A stretch of 64,000 nt of DNA from Nitrospirota bacterium (GCA_963788195.1 CAWBGA010000001.1:1-64000), one strand, 5' to 3'; positions 38,575 to 51,374 are shown, counted from the stretch's first letter. The notes: generated by a model from the sequence alone, not told the origin. A program made the numbers and translations.

Positions 38575-40068
38575 ATGAGCATTTCGACCAGTGTGCATGA
38601 CCTCAAAACCCTGGTGCTCTCGTTCCATCCTGTGATCGTCATCGAGACGGTGGAAGAGGATCGAATTACTACCCTTCTGAGGAGCGTTGCCGATCAACTG
38701 TGGCTGCCGTTGTCCGAATGGACGGTGACCCTAGGGCTGATACGGGCTTCTGATGGCGAGACGATTGCCGCCGCGACCGAACCCTTTCGGCTTCTCAGAC
38801 ATCTGCAGGGACTAACCGTCGACGGTCTGTTCGTGCTGAAGGATTTTGCGAGGCATCTGGATGATGCCAAAGTGGCGCGGCAATTTCGGGAAACGGCGCA
38901 GAGTTTCGCGCGCGGTCGTTCCACGATGGTATTGACCGGCACGCCGATTCATCTGCCTGCGGATATTGAATCCGATGTCGTGCGATATGAACTGAAGTTG
39001 CCGGACAGAGACGAACTCCTCAAAGTGGTCTATGCCGTCATCCAGTCATTGAAAAAGACCCATAAAGTCGAGACTCACCTGAAAGAGGAGGATCGCGAGC
39101 AACTCTTGCTTGCCCTGCAAGGGATGACCTTGAATCAGGCTCGCCAGGCCGTCGCTGAAGTGATGATGAATGCCGACCGGCGCACGGCTGCGGAAGATAT
39201 CCGAGTAGTACTGAAGCGAAAAGCGCAGATGATCCAGGAGGGCGGTCTGCTGGAGTATTATCCGGTCGAGGACAATCGGTTTCAGCTGGGCGGCTTCGGG
39301 AACCTCAAAGCCTGGCTTGAGCGGCAGCGAATCGGTTTTACCCAAGAAGCGCGCGCGCTGAATCTCAGCCCTCCTCGTGGACTTCTCATCGTCGGGGTGC
39401 CCGGCTGCGGCAAGTCTTTAGCCGCAAAGGTTATCGCTCGTGAATGGAAGTTGCCGCTGGTAAAACTGGACGCCGGGCGGCTGTTCGACAAGTACATCGG
39501 AGAGTCGGAAAAGAATTTTCGGAAGGCAATCGCCATGGCCGAGTCCATGGCCCCTGTGGTGTTGTGGATGGATGAAATCGAGAAAGGAATGGTCGCGACC
39601 GGTGGGGGCGAGGCGGATGCGGGGTTAAGCCGGCGCCTGTTCGGCGCATTCCTGACATGGCTTCAGGAAAAACGCCAGGAAGTGTTTGTGGTCGCCACGG
39701 CGAATGATCTTTCGATCCTTCCCCCCGAACTTCTCCGGAAGGGACGGTTCGATGAGATCTTCTTTGTTGATCTTCCGGATCCTCAAGAACGCGAAGCCAT
39801 TCTCAAGATTCATCTCACGCTGCGTAAGCAGGAGCCGGTAGCGTTCGACTTGCCTAAAATTGTGGCCGCATGTGACGGCTTCAGCGGAGCGGAGATTGAG
39901 CAGGCGGTGGTGGCCGGACTCTACCGGGCGCTGTCGTCAAAGCGCGCGTTGGATACCGAGCTGCTGCTGGAAGAGATCGGCCACACGATTCCATTGTCCG
40001 TGACCCGGCGCGAAGATATCGAGCGTTTACAAAAGATGGCCAAAGGACGGTTTGTCAACGTAAGGTAA
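38575..40068 (+). CDS. AAA+ ATPase (Ycf46-like)
   Basis: [45 protein letters not shown]. Confidence 0.93.
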   Translation: MSISTSVHDLKTLVLSFHPVIVIETVEEDRITTLLRSVADQLWLPLSEWTVTLGLIRASDGETIAAATEPFRLLRHLQGLTVDGLFVLKDFARHLDDAKVARQFRETAQSFARGRSTMVLTGTPIHLPADIESDVVRYELKLPDRDELLKVVYAVIQSLKKTHKVETHLKEEDREQLLLALQGMTLNQARQAVAEVMMNADRRTAAEDIRVVLKRKAQMIQEGGLLEYYPVEDNRFQLGGFGNLKAWLERQRIGFTQEARALNLSPPRGLLIVGVPGCGKSLAAKVIAREWKLPLVKLDAGRLFDKYIGESEKNFRKAIAMAESMAPVVLWMDEIEKGMVATGGGEADAGLSRRLFGAFLTWLQEKRQEVFVVATANDLSILPPELLRKGRFDEIFFVDLPDPQEREAILKIHLTLRKQEPVAFDLPKIVAACDGFSGAEIEQAVVAGLYRALSSKRALDTELLLEEIGHTIPLSVTRREDIERLQKMAKGRFVNVR

Positions 40069-40080
40069 GAAAAGGAGAAA

Positions 40081-40350
40081 ATGATGGGAGAGTTAACTTA
40101 TCGTGAATCTCTGGCGGCCATGTGGCTGCTACTATGGCGTGGGATGGTTATAGGCGGCGGCCTCGGGTTTTTAGTAGGGTTTGTGCTTGGCCTTGTGGGT
40201 AGTGCCATGGGGCATGGACAGGACCCAGCCCTTCAAGTACTCATTTTTGTGTTGGCAACATCTGTCAGTATTTTTTATGTGTATCCCCTCATCATCCGCA
40301 TGGCTCTTCGCAAGCAATTCAAAGGCTTTCGCCTGCAGGTCACTCGCTAG
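40081..40350 (+). CDS. Small two-TM protein
   Basis: AGGAG RBS; two hydrophobic segments. Confidence 0.7.
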   Translation: MMGELTYRESLAAMWLLLWRGMVIGGGLGFLVGFVLGLVGSAMGHGQDPALQVLIFVLATSVSIFYVYPLIIRMALRKQFKGFRLQVTR

Positions 40351-40442
40351 TTTTCACATCAGGAGGGCAAGAGCCTGACCCCAAAAGGCAGGCTTCCGGC
40401 TGCGTCTTGACGTGGTTCTTCGGGCGGGTGTAGCTTCCGTGG

Positions 40443-42311
40443 ATGGTGACCAAACCAAGCCAGGCCCGGGTCGCTCTGGTCAACATGCCGTTCAGCTCGA
40501 GCAAGTACCCTTCTATCCAATTGGGGACACTGTCCTCGATCCTGAAATCGAGAGGAATCGGCGTCAAGAGCCATCACCTCTACCTGCACTTTGCGTATCA
40601 GCTGGGCGTGCCGCTCTACGAAAACCTCTGCGAAAAACGGGGGTTACTCGGCGAATGGCTGTTCTCGCATCTGCTGTTCCGCGAAAATCCCAAGAATGCC
40701 GCGTACCCCGGTACGTTTAAGCCGATCTTTGAAGACGTCTGCCGTGAAACCGGGTGTCCGCCTTCATATCTTCTGGACCTCAAGACTTCGGGCGTTCCGC
40801 AATACCTCACGCGCATGTTGACGGAGATTGACTGGGGGCAGTACCAGGTGGTCGGCTTTACGTCCACCTTTGATCAGAATGTCGCGAGCCTGACCATGGC
40901 GAAGTTGATTAAGGACCTCTATCCTTCCGTCAGGATCGTCTTCGGCGGCGCCAATTTTGACGGCGAGATGGGGCTTGAGCACTTCCGGGCCTTTCCGTGG
41001 ATTGACCACGTGGTGGTAGGGGAAGGGGAAGAGGTCTTTCCAGCACTGGTAAAACAGCTTCTGGACGGAAAAGAGGATGGCTTCGGGCCCGGCGTGGTGC
41101 ACCGCCGGGCCGGGAAGATTATGTTTGAGCCCAATGAGCGGCTCTTCTCAGAGTTTGAAAAAACCGGCCCTCCGGACTATGACGATTACTTTGAGCTTCT
41201 GCGTGATCTGAATCCAAAGTTTGGAGAGGGCCTGAACAAGATTCTGCTCTATGAGGCCGCGCGAGGGTGCTGGTGGGGAGAAAAGCATCATTGCACTTTT
41301 TGCGGACTGAATGCGCAAAGTATGACCTTTCGCTCAAAGTCCGCCGGGCAGGTGCTCAACGAGATGAGGCAACTGTCGAGCCGTTACAACACGACGCGTT
41401 TCCGCTTTGTCGACAACATCATTGATATGAAATACATCGAGGGTGTCTTCGCCAAGCTTGCAGACGAGCGCTATGACCTCGAGGTCTTCATTGAAACCAA
41501 GAGCAATCTCAGCAAGCAGCAACTGCAAACACTCGCGCACGGCGGCGTGAGATCCTTTCAGCCCGGGATCGAGAGCCTGAGCATCAATCAGCTGAAGGAA
41601 ATGAAAAAAGGCGTGACGCCGCTGCAGAATCTCATGGCGCTGAAGTGGGCGAGCTATTACGGCATCGAAACCCTATGGAACATTCTTCTTGGATTCCCAG
41701 GGGAGACCGATGAGGATTATCGGCGGCAAATCGCGCTGATCCCCTCGCTTTTTCATTTTCAGCCGCCGCTCAGCGTCGGGGAGCTTTGGCTCGAGCGCTT
41801 TAGCCCGTACTTCAAGTGGCCTGCCGACAATGGGATCCGCATTACCGGTCCGGGCTTGGCCTACGAATACGTCTATGATCCCAAGATCGTGGAGCTCGAG
41901 AAGATAGCCTATGATTTTGAGTTTGAGCTACTCGAGAAGAAGGTCCATCCGAGCTTGATTGAGGAACTGACGCAGTTCACTGCGGAATGGAAACGCCGGC
42001 ATGCGACCGACGACAAACCCTTCCTACTCTATGCCAAGGCAATTGATTTCGTGACGGTCTTCGATGGCCGTGCTGATCAGCCTCTCAAAGAACGGTACGA
42101 CTGGCCGCACGCCTTCATCATTGACTTCTGCAATGAAGCGCCGAAATACCTGGAGCAGCTTAAAGCCGGCGTCAAGGAACATAGTCAGGGCGGCGGCTTT
42201 GATGACGGAGATGTTGAGCAGGCTGTGCAGACCCTAGTGAAAAAACGTGTGCTGTATGAAGAAAGCCAACGCTATTTCACCCTCGCACTTCCGGTCAATC
42301 AGACGCACTAG
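40443..42311 (+). CDS. B12-binding radical SAM, RiPP maturation C-methyltransferase type
   Basis: LVNMPF..PSIQLG, FGGANFDGEMG, RGCWWGEKHHCTFCGLN, QPGIESL, WNILLGFPGE, ERFSPYF. Confidence 0.9.
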   Translation: MVTKPSQARVALVNMPFSSSKYPSIQLGTLSSILKSRGIGVKSHHLYLHFAYQLGVPLYENLCEKRGLLGEWLFSHLLFRENPKNAAYPGTFKPIFEDVCRETGCPPSYLLDLKTSGVPQYLTRMLTEIDWGQYQVVGFTSTFDQNVASLTMAKLIKDLYPSVRIVFGGANFDGEMGLEHFRAFPWIDHVVVGEGEEVFPALVKQLLDGKEDGFGPGVVHRRAGKIMFEPNERLFSEFEKTGPPDYDDYFELLRDLNPKFGEGLNKILLYEAARGCWWGEKHHCTFCGLNAQSMTFRSKSAGQVLNEMRQLSSRYNTTRFRFVDNIIDMKYIEGVFAKLADERYDLEVFIETKSNLSKQQLQTLAHGGVRSFQPGIESLSINQLKEMKKGVTPLQNLMALKWASYYGIETLWNILLGFPGETDEDYRRQIALIPSLFHFQPPLSVGELWLERFSPYFKWPADNGIRITGPGLAYEYVYDPKIVELEKIAYDFEFELLEKKVHPSLIEELTQFTAEWKRRHATDDKPFLLYAKAIDFVTVFDGRADQPLKERYDWPHAFIIDFCNEAPKYLEQLKAGVKEHSQGGGFDDGDVEQAVQTLVKKRVLYEESQRYFTLALPVNQTH

Positions 42312-42330
42312 CTATTCCCAGTTGATGACG

Positions 42331-43476
42331 TCAAACCTGCGTTGGAAGCTCACGGTTCCCGCGCCCGAGAAAGAGATCGGCGATGACTGCACATTCAAGG
42401 CCAAAGGGGAGATAGCCGGCATAGCCAAGCACCGGCATTTCGAAAAGCGAAAATCGTTGCACATACGGGACACTGTACTGCCAGTGCGCAAGGCTCTTCG
42501 AATTCCATAACTCCCAAAGCAAACCACACGCGAGTCCCGCGAGAGCCGGTAACCACACTGCTCGCCAGTCGCCGTGCTGCAGATCTGCCAACGAGGAGGT
42601 GTCGCCGAACAACACCTGCAACGACGCCATTATCAGCAGCGGCGCAATCCAGAGTAAGGGGAACAGGGCGTTGGGCCAGACGCCCAGCCCCGTCAGCCCC
42701 GCGCTTCCAGCAGCCAAAATTGCAACAGCCAAGATCCTCCAGTGGCGGATTCGAATAGGCCAGAGACCCTGGAGCCTGCCACTTAAACGCGGAAAACTCG
42801 CTAACCATTGCGAGGTGCTCAGCACGGCCGGCAACACCGTCGAGAACGGCAATGTCGCGTAGATGAAGTACTCCAGCGGGGTGAAGTCCGCAATACCGAT
42901 GTATTGCCAGTTCTGCACGAACCGGTTCAGATACTCAAAGTACCACCAGAAAGCTGCGCTGAGGGGAAATAGCCACAGAAAATATTTCGTGCGGTCCAGC
43001 AGAAGGCAGTGGCCTGTTCGCCGGAAGGTCCAGGCGTTGATCACAAGGATGTAGCCGAACCACATTGGGCTGAAAGTAAATCCTTGCCAGTCTTGAAACC
43101 AAGAGAAGCGGGTCCAGGCTAAGATCCAGGCGATTGCCAACACGCCGGTGCCCAGCCAACCCCACCACGGGAATGAGGTTGATGGGGACAGGCTACTTTT
43201 CTCAGTGTTTGAAGCAAGTCGGGAGATCGCGGGTTTAGAAAAGTTGCCTGTCCCCCTGCGCGAGATGCGTTCGCCTCGAGGGCGGGCTGCAATGAACCGA
43301 AAGATAAAAGGAGCGCTCACCAGGCTGACGAACATGGCCAATGCGAAAAAGACCGACCAGGAGAACCTCGCGTGACTCACATATTGGGTGACGGGGGGAA
43401 ACTCCTGATATCGCGAAATGGGATACCCCGCCAGAAGGACGCCAAGTAATGGCAGTCCGACAAGCAGCAGGCTCAC
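42331..43476 (-). CDS. Integral membrane hypothetical protein
   Basis: FWWYFEYLNRFVQNW, LWELWN, FEMPVLGYAGYLPF. Confidence 0.8.
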   Translation of the reverse strand: MSLLLVGLPLLGVLLAGYPISRYQEFPPVTQYVSHARFSWSVFFALAMFVSLVSAPFIFRFIAARPRGERISRRGTGNFSKPAISRLASNTEKSSLSPSTSFPWWGWLGTGVLAIAWILAWTRFSWFQDWQGFTFSPMWFGYILVINAWTFRRTGHCLLLDRTKYFLWLFPLSAAFWWYFEYLNRFVQNWQYIGIADFTPLEYFIYATLPFSTVLPAVLSTSQWLASFPRLSGRLQGLWPIRIRHWRILAVAILAAGSAGLTGLGVWPNALFPLLWIAPLLIMASLQVLFGDTSSLADLQHGDWRAVWLPALAGLACGLLWELWNSKSLAHWQYSVPYVQRFSLFEMPVLGYAGYLPFGLECAVIADLFLGRGNRELPTQV

Positions 43477-43523
43477 AAGAGAAAATTTGAGGATAAGGGT
43501 ACGGGGGCTGACGACCTGAGGAT

Positions 43524-44957
43524 TTATGATGGGAGGCCGTGTGGCTTGGCGGCATGGAGGTATTGATCCACGCTTGCCGCCATCTTCCTGCCTTCAGCGA
43601 TCGCCCAGACGATCAATGACGCGCCGCGCCTTACATCGCCGCCTGCAAAGACACCCGGGAGGCTCGTCATGTAATGCTGATCCGCTTTGACATTGCCGCG
43701 CGCGTCGTATTCCACGCCCAGACTGTCGAGAAGGCCGTTCTTCACTGGCCCCGTGAAGCCCATGGCCAATAGGACCAGATCCACGTTCAATACAGAGTCG
43801 CTGTCAGGAACCGGGCTGAATTGGCCGTTTGCCAGGTTCACGCGCTGAGCATGGAGCTTGGTCACGTGGCCGTTGTGGCCGGTCAGCTTCGTTGTGGATA
43901 GGCTCCACTGCCGGTCGCATCCCTCTTCATGCGCGTGGGACGTACGAAGCTGCATCGGCCAGAGGGGCCAGGGGGTGGAAACCCCGCGCTGAGGCGGCGG
44001 CTCGGGGAGCAGCTCGAACTGATGAACCTCAACGCAACCCTGCCGGTGTGTGGTGCCCAGACAATCTGACCCCGTATCTCCCCCGCCGATGATGACCACA
44101 CGCTTGCCTTTGGCAGTAATGGGCTCGTCGGCCAGGATCTGCCCCGCATTGCGCTTATTCTGTTGAATCAGGTAATCCATCGCGAGATGGATGCCCTTCA
44201 ATTCACGACCTGGAACAGGCAGCTCGCGCGGTTGCTCGGCACCCATGGCCAGGCACACTGCGTCATAGCGGCGGCGGAGTTCCTCACCGCTCATGTCCAC
44301 GCCGATGTTGGCGTTGGGCTGAAACTCCACCCCCTCAGCCTTCATCTGCTCGAGCCGACGGTCAACGACCCATTTTTCCATTTTAAAGTCAGGGATGCCG
44401 TACGCGAGCAGGCCTCCGATCCGGTCAGCCTTCTCAAAGACTGTCACGCGATGTCCCGCTCGCGCCAATTGCTGCGCGCAGGCCAGCCCGGCCGGCCCGG
44501 ACCCAACCACGGCCACCGTCTTTCCGGTCTGGTAGGGAGGCAGAATTGGCTGCACCCAGCCTTCATCGAACCCTTTATCGATAATGTTCCATTCGATGAC
44601 CCGAATAGAGACCGGGTCTTCATTGATACCCAGGACGCACGCCGATTCGCACGGGGCCGGGCACAAGCGGCCGGTAAATTCGGGAAAATTGTTGGTGGTA
44701 TGGAGCGCTTTCAGGGCGTCTTTCCACCGCCCTCGATGAACCAGATCGTTCCATTCGGGAATCAGATTGACGACAGGACAGCCGTTGTGGCTCTGGCAGA
44801 ACGGCACCCCGCAGTCCATACACCGCGCGCCTTGCGCTTTGAGCGCGTCCTCGGGCATCGGCTCGTAGAACTCTTTCCAGTCTTGGATGCGCAGTTCAAC
44901 CGGCCGTCGCTTGGGACCCTCCCGCGCATATTTCATGAAGCCCTTGGGATCAGCCAT
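43524..44957 (-). CDS. gltD: Glutamate synthase small subunit
   Basis: [51 protein letters not shown]. Confidence 0.98.
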   Translation of the reverse strand: MADPKGFMKYAREGPKRRPVELRIQDWKEFYEPMPEDALKAQGARCMDCGVPFCQSHNGCPVVNLIPEWNDLVHRGRWKDALKALHTTNNFPEFTGRLCPAPCESACVLGINEDPVSIRVIEWNIIDKGFDEGWVQPILPPYQTGKTVAVVGSGPAGLACAQQLARAGHRVTVFEKADRIGGLLAYGIPDFKMEKWVVDRRLEQMKAEGVEFQPNANIGVDMSGEELRRRYDAVCLAMGAEQPRELPVPGRELKGIHLAMDYLIQQNKRNAGQILADEPITAKGKRVVIIGGGDTGSDCLGTTHRQGCVEVHQFELLPEPPPQRGVSTPWPLWPMQLRTSHAHEEGCDRQWSLSTTKLTGHNGHVTKLHAQRVNLANGQFSPVPDSDSVLNVDLVLLAMGFTGPVKNGLLDSLGVEYDARGNVKADQHYMTSLPGVFAGGDVRRGASLIVWAIAEGRKMAASVDQYLHAAKPHGLPS

Positions 44958-47900
44958 GAGCTGCCATTTCCTTTTGCGCGACGACCTTGGCCGCGGCGGC
45001 CTTGCGTTCCGCCAGGACGCGTTTGTAGTCGATCGGCATGATCTTCACGAATTTTCTGACCATGAGCTCCCAGGCATCGAGGACCGTCTTCGCCTTGCGG
45101 CTGCCGGTATAGCGATAGTGGGATTCGATGAGCTCCCGCAGGAGGCCCTTGTCCTCTTTTCCCACCTTCTCGAGTTCCACCATCCCCATGTTGCAACGTT
45201 GCTCGAACTTGCCGTCTTCATTCAGGATGAAGGCCATGCCCCCTGACATGCCCGCCGCGAAATTGCGGCCCGTCTTCCCGAGGACGACCACGACCCCGCC
45301 GGTCATGTACTCGCACCCGTGGTCACCCGTGCCCTCGATCACTGTGCGAGCGCCGCTGTTCCGCACCGCGAACCGCTCCCCCGCCGTGCCGTAAAAATAA
45401 GCTTCTCCCTGGGTGGCGCCATAGAGCGACGTGTTGCCGATCAGGATCGTCTCTTCTGCGACAAAGGTAGAGGCTTTCGGAGGGTACACGATGATGCGCC
45501 CGCCGCACAGACCCTTGCCGAGGTAATCGTTGGACTCGCCTTCCAATTCAAGCGTCACCCCTCTGGCGAGAAACGCGCCGAAGGACTGCCCGGCCGAGCC
45601 TGTGAACTTCACATGGATGGTGTCAGGCGGCAAACCCTCGAGGCGATAGCGCTTGGCGATCGCGCTGGAGAGAATGGTCCCCACCGTACGGTTCACATTT
45701 CTAATCGGCAGGTCCAGGCGCACCGGCTTTTGATGGTCAAGAGCGGGCGCGCACAGCTCGAGGATTTTCCAGTCCAAAGCGTTCGTCAAGCCGTGGTCCT
45801 GCTTTTCCTGGCAGTAGCGGGCGACTCCCGGCTCGACTTTCGGCTGGTGCAGGATCGCCGAGAGATCCAAGCCCTTGGCCTTCCAATGGTCAATGGCCTG
45901 CTGCGCCTTAAGCCTGTCCGTCCGACCGATCATCTCCTCGAATTTCCGGAAGCCGAGCGCCGCCATTAGTTCCCGCACCTCTTCGGCGATAAAGAAAAAG
46001 TAATTCACCACATGTTCCGGCTGCCCCGTGAACTTGGCGCGCAATGCGGGATCGTGCGTGGCAATGCCGACCGGGCACGTGTTCAGATGGCACTTGCGCA
46101 TCATAATGCACCCTTCGACAATCAGCGGGGCCGTGGAGAAGCCGAACTCCTCGGCGCCGAGCAGGGCCGCGATCACCACGTCTCGGCCCGTCTTCATCTG
46201 GCCGTCGGTCTCGACCTTGATACGCCCGCGCAGATTGTTCAGGACAAGGGTCTGCTGAGTTTCGGCCAGCCCCAACTCCCACGGGATACCCCCGTACTTG
46301 ATCGAGGAGAGGGGGGAAGCGCCGGTGCCGCCGGAGTCCCCGCTGATCAGCACCTTGTCGGCCTTGGCCTTGGCGACGCCGGCGGCTACGGTCCCGACGC
46401 CGACTTCCGCCACCAGTTTCACGGAGATGTCCGCTTCCGGATTCGCATTTTTGAGGTCATAGATCAATTGAGCCAGGTCTTCAATTGAATAGATGTCGTG
46501 ATGCGGAGGTGGAGAGATGAGCTGCACGCCTGGGGTGGCATAGCGCAAACGCGCGATGGTCTCATCCACTTTATGACCGGGAAGTTGGCCGCCTTCTCCG
46601 GGTTTGGCGCCCTGGGCCATCTTGATTTGCAGTTCTTTCGCGTGGACCATGTAATCGGTTGTGACCCCGAAGCGCGCCGAGGCGACTTGTTTGATCGCGC
46701 TGTTCTTGCTGTCGCCGTTCGGCAGCGTCACGAACCGCTCTGGGTCTTCGCCGCCTTCGCCGGTGTTGCTCTTACCGCCGATCCGGTTCATCGCAACGGC
46801 CAACGTTTCATGGGCCTCTTTGCTGATCGCCCCGAAAGACATGGCGCCGGTGGTAAAGCGCTTGACAATCGCCGTCGCGGGTTCGACTTCCGCGATGGGA
46901 ATCGGCGAGGGCGCCATGACTATCTCCAGAAGCCCTCTGATGTTCGATCGGCGTTTGCTTTCGTCGTTGACCAGCGCCGAAAATTCTTTGAATGTCTTCG
47001 GATCATTGCCGCGGGTGGCGTGCTGAAGCTTATAGATGGTCTCTGGGTTCCAATTGTGGTGCTCGCCTTGCACGCGGTAATGAATCTCCCCGCCGAAGTC
47101 CAACTGATGGATGGCGGCCGGGCTGTACGCAACCTGGTGGCGGCGGAAGGTCTCTTCACCGATTTCCCCGATCCCGATTCCCTCGAGCCGCGAGGCGGTG
47201 CCGGTAAAGTAACGATCCACAAGGCTATGATTCAGGCCGATCGCCTCGAAGATTTGAGCGCCGCAGTAGGACTGCACCGTAGAAATCCCCATCTTCGAAA
47301 AGATCTTGAGCAGCCCCTTGTTGATCGCCTTGACAAACTTTGACGCGGCGGTCGCGGCGTCAATGCCTTCCGGCAGGTAGCCGTCGCGTTCCATATCCAC
47401 CAGGGTCTCAAAGACAAGGTAAGGGTTAATCGTGCCCGCGCCGTAACCGATGAGACATGCGAACTGGTGCACATCCCTCGGTTCCCCGGTCTCGAGGATC
47501 AGCCCCACTTCGGTCCGCGTGCATTCGCGGATGAGATGGTGGTGAACCGCGGAAATCCCGAGCAGGCTTGGAATCGGCGCCCATTCTTCATTCACGCCCC
47601 GATCGGAAAGGATCAGAAACTTGTATCCGTCCCTGATGGCCTTGGAGGCCTCCCAACAAAGCTCATCGACGGCGGTGCCGAGACCTTCCGAGCCTTGGGT
47701 TACGCGGAACAGCATCCGTAAGGTCTTGCTCTTGAAATGCGGGTCGGCGATTTCCCGGATTTTCTCGAGCTCGGCGTTCGTCAGGATTGGTTGCTGGACC
47801 TTGATCCGGCGGCACGATTCCGGCGCCTCTTCCATGACATTCGGCTTGGGGCCGATGTTGGTGACCAGCGACATGACGAGCTGCTCACGAATAGGATCGA

Positions 47901-49491
47901 TCGGCGGATTGGTGACCTGCGCGAAGAGTTGTTTAAAATACTTGAACAAAAGTTGCGGGCGCTCGGATAGCACGGCGAGGGGGGTATCAGTTCCCATGGA
48001 GGAAATCGGCTCTTCGCCGGCGACTACCATTGGAGTGAGCACCATCTTAAGCTCCTCGACAGTGTAGCCGAACGCCTGCTGGCGCTGCCGAATGCTCGGA
48101 TGATCGGGTTGCGGGACGTTCAACGGCTCCGGCAGCTCATCGAGCGAAATGCGGTATTGAGTGACCCATGAGCGGTACGGCTTGCGTCCTACAATGTCGG
48201 CCTTGATCTCTTCGTCATCCAGCAGCCGGCCTTGCGCCGTGTCCACGAGGAACATCCGTCCGGGTTGCAGCCGGCCTTTCTGTCGGACCTCTTTGGGATC
48301 GGCCGGCAGGACACCCGCTTCTGACGCAAGCACTACGAGGCCGTCCGTTGTCACTTGGAAGCGACACGGCCGTAGGCCATTTCGATCCAGCGTGGCGCCG
48401 ATGAGTTTGCCATCCGTAAAGCAGACGGCTGCCGGCCCGTCCCACGGTTCCATCATGGCGGCGTGGTATTCGTAGAATCCGCGCCGGTCGAGATCCATCT
48501 GCGGGTTGCCGACCCACGGCTCGGGGATCAGCATCATCATGGCATGCGGGAGAGACCGACCGCCCATCACAAGGAATTCGAGGGCGTTATCGAGGCAGGC
48601 CGAGTCACTCTGGTTCTCATACACGATCGGAAAGAGCTTCGGAATGTCCGACCCGAAGAGCTCCGACTGGAGCCGGCCTTGGCGGGCCCGCATCCAGTTC
48701 ACGTTGCCCTTCAGCGTATTGATCTCCCCGTTATGGCAGATGTAGCGATACGGGTGAGCTAACGGCCAGGTCGGAAAGGTATTTGTGCTGAACCGCGAAT
48801 GGATGAGAGCCAGCGCGCTCGTCACGCTCGAATCGTTCAAGTCCAGGTAGTACCGGGACATCTGGTCGGGGAGGAGCAGGCCTTTGTACACGATGGTATT
48901 GCTCGAAAGGCTGGCAATGTAAAAGTACTGCCGTTCTTCGATGGAGGATTCCCGCACGGCCTTCTCGATACGTTTACGGATGACGTAGAGCTTGCGTTCA
49001 AACTGTCCCTCGTCCAAATGATTGCGCACGATGAATACCTGGCGAATCACGGGTTCGGTCTGCCGGGCTTGGGCGCCGATCGCATCGCTGTTGACGGGTA
49101 CGCTTCGCCAGCCGAGGCAGCGGACCCCTTCTTCGGCAATGACCTGCTCGAAGAGGCGCTCGCATGAGAGACGATGGGTGTCGGTTCGGGGCAGAAACAC
49201 CATGCCCACACCGTATTCGCCAGCGCCCGGAAGCTTCACACGCACGTCGGCCGCCGCCTGCTTTAGAAACTCATGGGGAATCTGCAGGAGGATGCCGGCG
49301 CCATCGCCGGTGCACGGGTCGCAGCCTTGAGCGCCGCGATGAGAAAGGTGGTCAAGAACCTCGAGCCCCTTGCGCACAATATCGTGGGACTTCGCGCCGT
49401 TGATGTTCGCCACAAAACCAATCCCGCAACCATCTTTTTCAAAATCGGGATCGTAAAGACCTTGCTTAGGAGGCAGTCCTGGTATCGCCAT
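44950..49491 (-). CDS. gltB: Glutamate synthase large subunit
   Basis: [48 protein letters not shown]. Confidence 0.99.
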   Translation of the reverse strand: MAIPGLPPKQGLYDPDFEKDGCGIGFVANINGAKSHDIVRKGLEVLDHLSHRGAQGCDPCTGDGAGILLQIPHEFLKQAAADVRVKLPGAGEYGVGMVFLPRTDTHRLSCERLFEQVIAEEGVRCLGWRSVPVNSDAIGAQARQTEPVIRQVFIVRNHLDEGQFERKLYVIRKRIEKAVRESSIEERQYFYIASLSSNTIVYKGLLLPDQMSRYYLDLNDSSVTSALALIHSRFSTNTFPTWPLAHPYRYICHNGEINTLKGNVNWMRARQGRLQSELFGSDIPKLFPIVYENQSDSACLDNALEFLVMGGRSLPHAMMMLIPEPWVGNPQMDLDRRGFYEYHAAMMEPWDGPAAVCFTDGKLIGATLDRNGLRPCRFQVTTDGLVVLASEAGVLPADPKEVRQKGRLQPGRMFLVDTAQGRLLDDEEIKADIVGRKPYRSWVTQYRISLDELPEPLNVPQPDHPSIRQRQQAFGYTVEELKMVLTPMVVAGEEPISSMGTDTPLAVLSERPQLLFKYFKQLFAQVTNPPIDPIREQLVMSLVTNIGPKPNVMEEAPESCRRIKVQQPILTNAELEKIREIADPHFKSKTLRMLFRVTQGSEGLGTAVDELCWEASKAIRDGYKFLILSDRGVNEEWAPIPSLLGISAVHHHLIRECTRTEVGLILETGEPRDVHQFACLIGYGAGTINPYLVFETLVDMERDGYLPEGIDAATAASKFVKAINKGLLKIFSKMGISTVQSYCGAQIFEAIGLNHSLVDRYFTGTASRLEGIGIGEIGEETFRRHQVAYSPAAIHQLDFGGEIHYRVQGEHHNWNPETIYKLQHATRGNDPKTFKEFSALVNDESKRRSNIRGLLEIVMAPSPIPIAEVEPATAIVKRFTTGAMSFGAISKEAHETLAVAMNRIGGKSNTGEGGEDPERFVTLPNGDSKNSAIKQVASARFGVTTDYMVHAKELQIKMAQGAKPGEGGQLPGHKVDETIARLRYATPGVQLISPPPHHDIYSIEDLAQLIYDLKNANPEADISVKLVAEVGVGTVAAGVAKAKADKVLISGDSGGTGASPLSSIKYGGIPWELGLAETQQTLVLNNLRGRIKVETDGQMKTGRDVVIAALLGAEEFGFSTAPLIVEGCIMMRKCHLNTCPVGIATHDPALRAKFTGQPEHVVNYFFFIAEEVRELMAALGFRKFEEMIGRTDRLKAQQAIDHWKAKGLDLSAILHQPKVEPGVARYCQEKQDHGLTNALDWKILELCAPALDHQKPVRLDLPIRNVNRTVGTILSSAIAKRYRLEGLPPDTIHVKFTGSAGQSFGAFLARGVTLELEGESNDYLGKGLCGGRIIVYPPKASTFVAEETILIGNTSLYGATQGEAYFYGTAGERFAVRNSGARTVIEGTGDHGCEYMTGGVVVVLGKTGRNFAAGMSGGMAFILNEDGKFEQRCNMGMVELEKVGKEDKGLLRELIESHYRYTGSRKAKTVLDAWELMVRKFVKIMPIDYKRVLAERKAAAAKVVAQKEMAAHG

Positions 49492-49748
49492 CGTGTACTC
49501 TTTTGTGAATGAAATGCTCTAGATCGGCAAGAGCAACGGGTGGTCATTATCCTACTTGAGAGGAATTCGGACTGTCAAGGAAATGCTCGCCTGAGAATGG
49601 TAAAAATGCGAAGGTGATCAGGCTCTTAAGAGGGATGAGACAACGCGCATTCGTGCCTTGGATTGATGCCCGCAAGTCGCAAAGAACGCACGCTCAAAGC
49701 ATGGCTATTTTCTTGACAATCTCCCGAAGCTCCCCTTAGTATCCGGCC

Positions 49749-50753
49749 ATGCCAAACAGCCAGCAAACGTGTGCGATCGGAGGGGTGAGAGAAGTTTGGG
49801 AGTCGTATCGACCGGAACTTGACGCCGTCGAAGATCAGATCCGCCAAAATCTTGATTCCAAAGTGGCCCTGGTCAATATCGTCTCCGCCCATATTCTCAA
49901 CAGCGGTGGGAAGCGGATCCGTCCCCTGTTGCTGATTTTGTGCGCCCGCCTCGCCGGATACACCGGCTCCCGAGACATTCTGCTGGCAAGCCTGATCGAG
50001 TACATCCACACCGCGACGTTGCTGCATGACGATGTGGTGGACCATGCGGATCTTCGGCGGGGAAAAACGACGGCGCGGGGTCTGTGGGGAAACCAGGTAT
50101 CGATTCTGGTCGGTGATTATCTCTACTCAAAAGCCATTTGCCACATCGTCGGTTTCCAAAATCAAGATGTCAATGAATGCTTGTCCGTTGCCTGCCGTAA
50201 AATGGCCGAGGGCGAGTTGATGCAGCTCTGCTACAAAGACCAGGAGGTCCATTCTGAGCAGGACTATGTGAAAATCGCGGAGTACAAGACCGGGGCTCTG
50301 ATCGCGGCGGCGTGCCGGATGGGGGCGGTCCTGGCAGGGGCCGGGATCGCCCAGCGAGAAGCCATGTTTCAATTCGGCCAGTCCTTAGGGGTGGCATTCC
50401 AGGTTGCGGATGACGCCCTCGATTACGTCGCGCAAGGGCAAGTGCTCGGGAAATTGTTGGGCAAGGACCTCGGAGAAGGCAACATCACCCTGCCGCTACT
50501 CCATGTGAAGCAGTGGTGCACTGAGCCGGAGCGCCAACGCCTCGCCGAGATCATGAAAACCGATGACGGCATCGACAGCCATTTGGGGTGGATCATCGCG
50601 CTGATGGAGCGTTACGGCTCGATCGACTATGCGCACGCGACCGCCCGCCGTTATGTCGAGGATGCGAAGGTCTATCTGGAAGCCTTCGAGGATTCGGTTC
50701 ACAAGCGAGCTCTGCACGTTCTAGCCGATTATATGGTGGCCCGCGACCATTAA
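49749..50753 (+). CDS. ispB: Polyprenyl diphosphate synthase (IspB-like)
   Basis: GGKRIRP, LLHDDVVD..RRG, YKTG, FQVADDALD. Confidence 0.9.
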   Translation: MPNSQQTCAIGGVREVWESYRPELDAVEDQIRQNLDSKVALVNIVSAHILNSGGKRIRPLLLILCARLAGYTGSRDILLASLIEYIHTATLLHDDVVDHADLRRGKTTARGLWGNQVSILVGDYLYSKAICHIVGFQNQDVNECLSVACRKMAEGELMQLCYKDQEVHSEQDYVKIAEYKTGALIAAACRMGAVLAGAGIAQREAMFQFGQSLGVAFQVADDALDYVAQGQVLGKLLGKDLGEGNITLPLLHVKQWCTEPERQRLAEIMKTDDGIDSHLGWIIALMERYGSIDYAHATARRYVEDAKVYLEAFEDSVHKRALHVLADYMVARDH

Positions 50754-51285
50754 GGTCCTTTCATCACATCCTCATCTCTTTGTTTGCCTAGCACGTGATG
50801 CCATCGGGTGCTTTCTGGAGACAGGACAAGTGCTGATCCCGATGGAGAGTGTCTATGAACAGTGTGAGAGCCTGCGTCGAAGGGCAGGAGTTTTCGTCAC
50901 GGTCAGAAAACATCAAGAGCTTCGTGGATGCGTCGGAACGCTTGAGCCTACATACGGGGATACGGCACTCGAGATTATTGAAAATGCCATTGCGGCTGCG
51001 TTTCGCGACCCCAGGTTCACGCCGGTTTGCGCGGATGAATTGGCGGATCTTTCCATCTCCGTTGATATCCTAAAGCCCATGGAGCCTGTCGGAGGCATCG
51101 GTGACTTAAATCCCATGCGCTACGGTGTCGTGGTGCGCAGAGGGAAGCGGCGGGGCTTACTGTTGCCGGGGATCGAGCAGATCACATCCGTCGAAGAGCA
51201 GATCGCGGTCGCGCGGGCCAAAGGCGGCATCAAAGAGCATGAACCCGTCAAGCTCTATCGGTTTGAGGTCGAGCGGTATCATTGA
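50749..51285 (+). CDS. AmmeMemoRadiSam system protein A (AMMECR1 domain); start uncertain (first canonical start 50830)
   Basis: GVFVT..ELRGCVGT, AAFRDPRF, GLLLP, LYRFEV. Confidence 0.9.
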   Translation: MKVLSSHPHLFVCLARDAIGCFLETGQVLIPMESVYEQCESLRRRAGVFVTVRKHQELRGCVGTLEPTYGDTALEIIENAIAAAFRDPRFTPVCADELADLSISVDILKPMEPVGGIGDLNPMRYGVVVRRGKRRGLLLPGIEQITSVEEQIAVARAKGGIKEHEPVKLYRFEVERYH

Positions 51286-51374
51286 TAGTGTCATGTCTCT
51301 AGGTTCCCTTAGGAAATTCCTTGCCCTCATAGTAAAGTAGGCGATGGTCAAATGGACTGTGCATTAGAGTTACC

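Noticed and set aside
43800..49500. Many antisense ORFs within gltB/gltD
   Set aside because: Shadow ORFs of conserved genes
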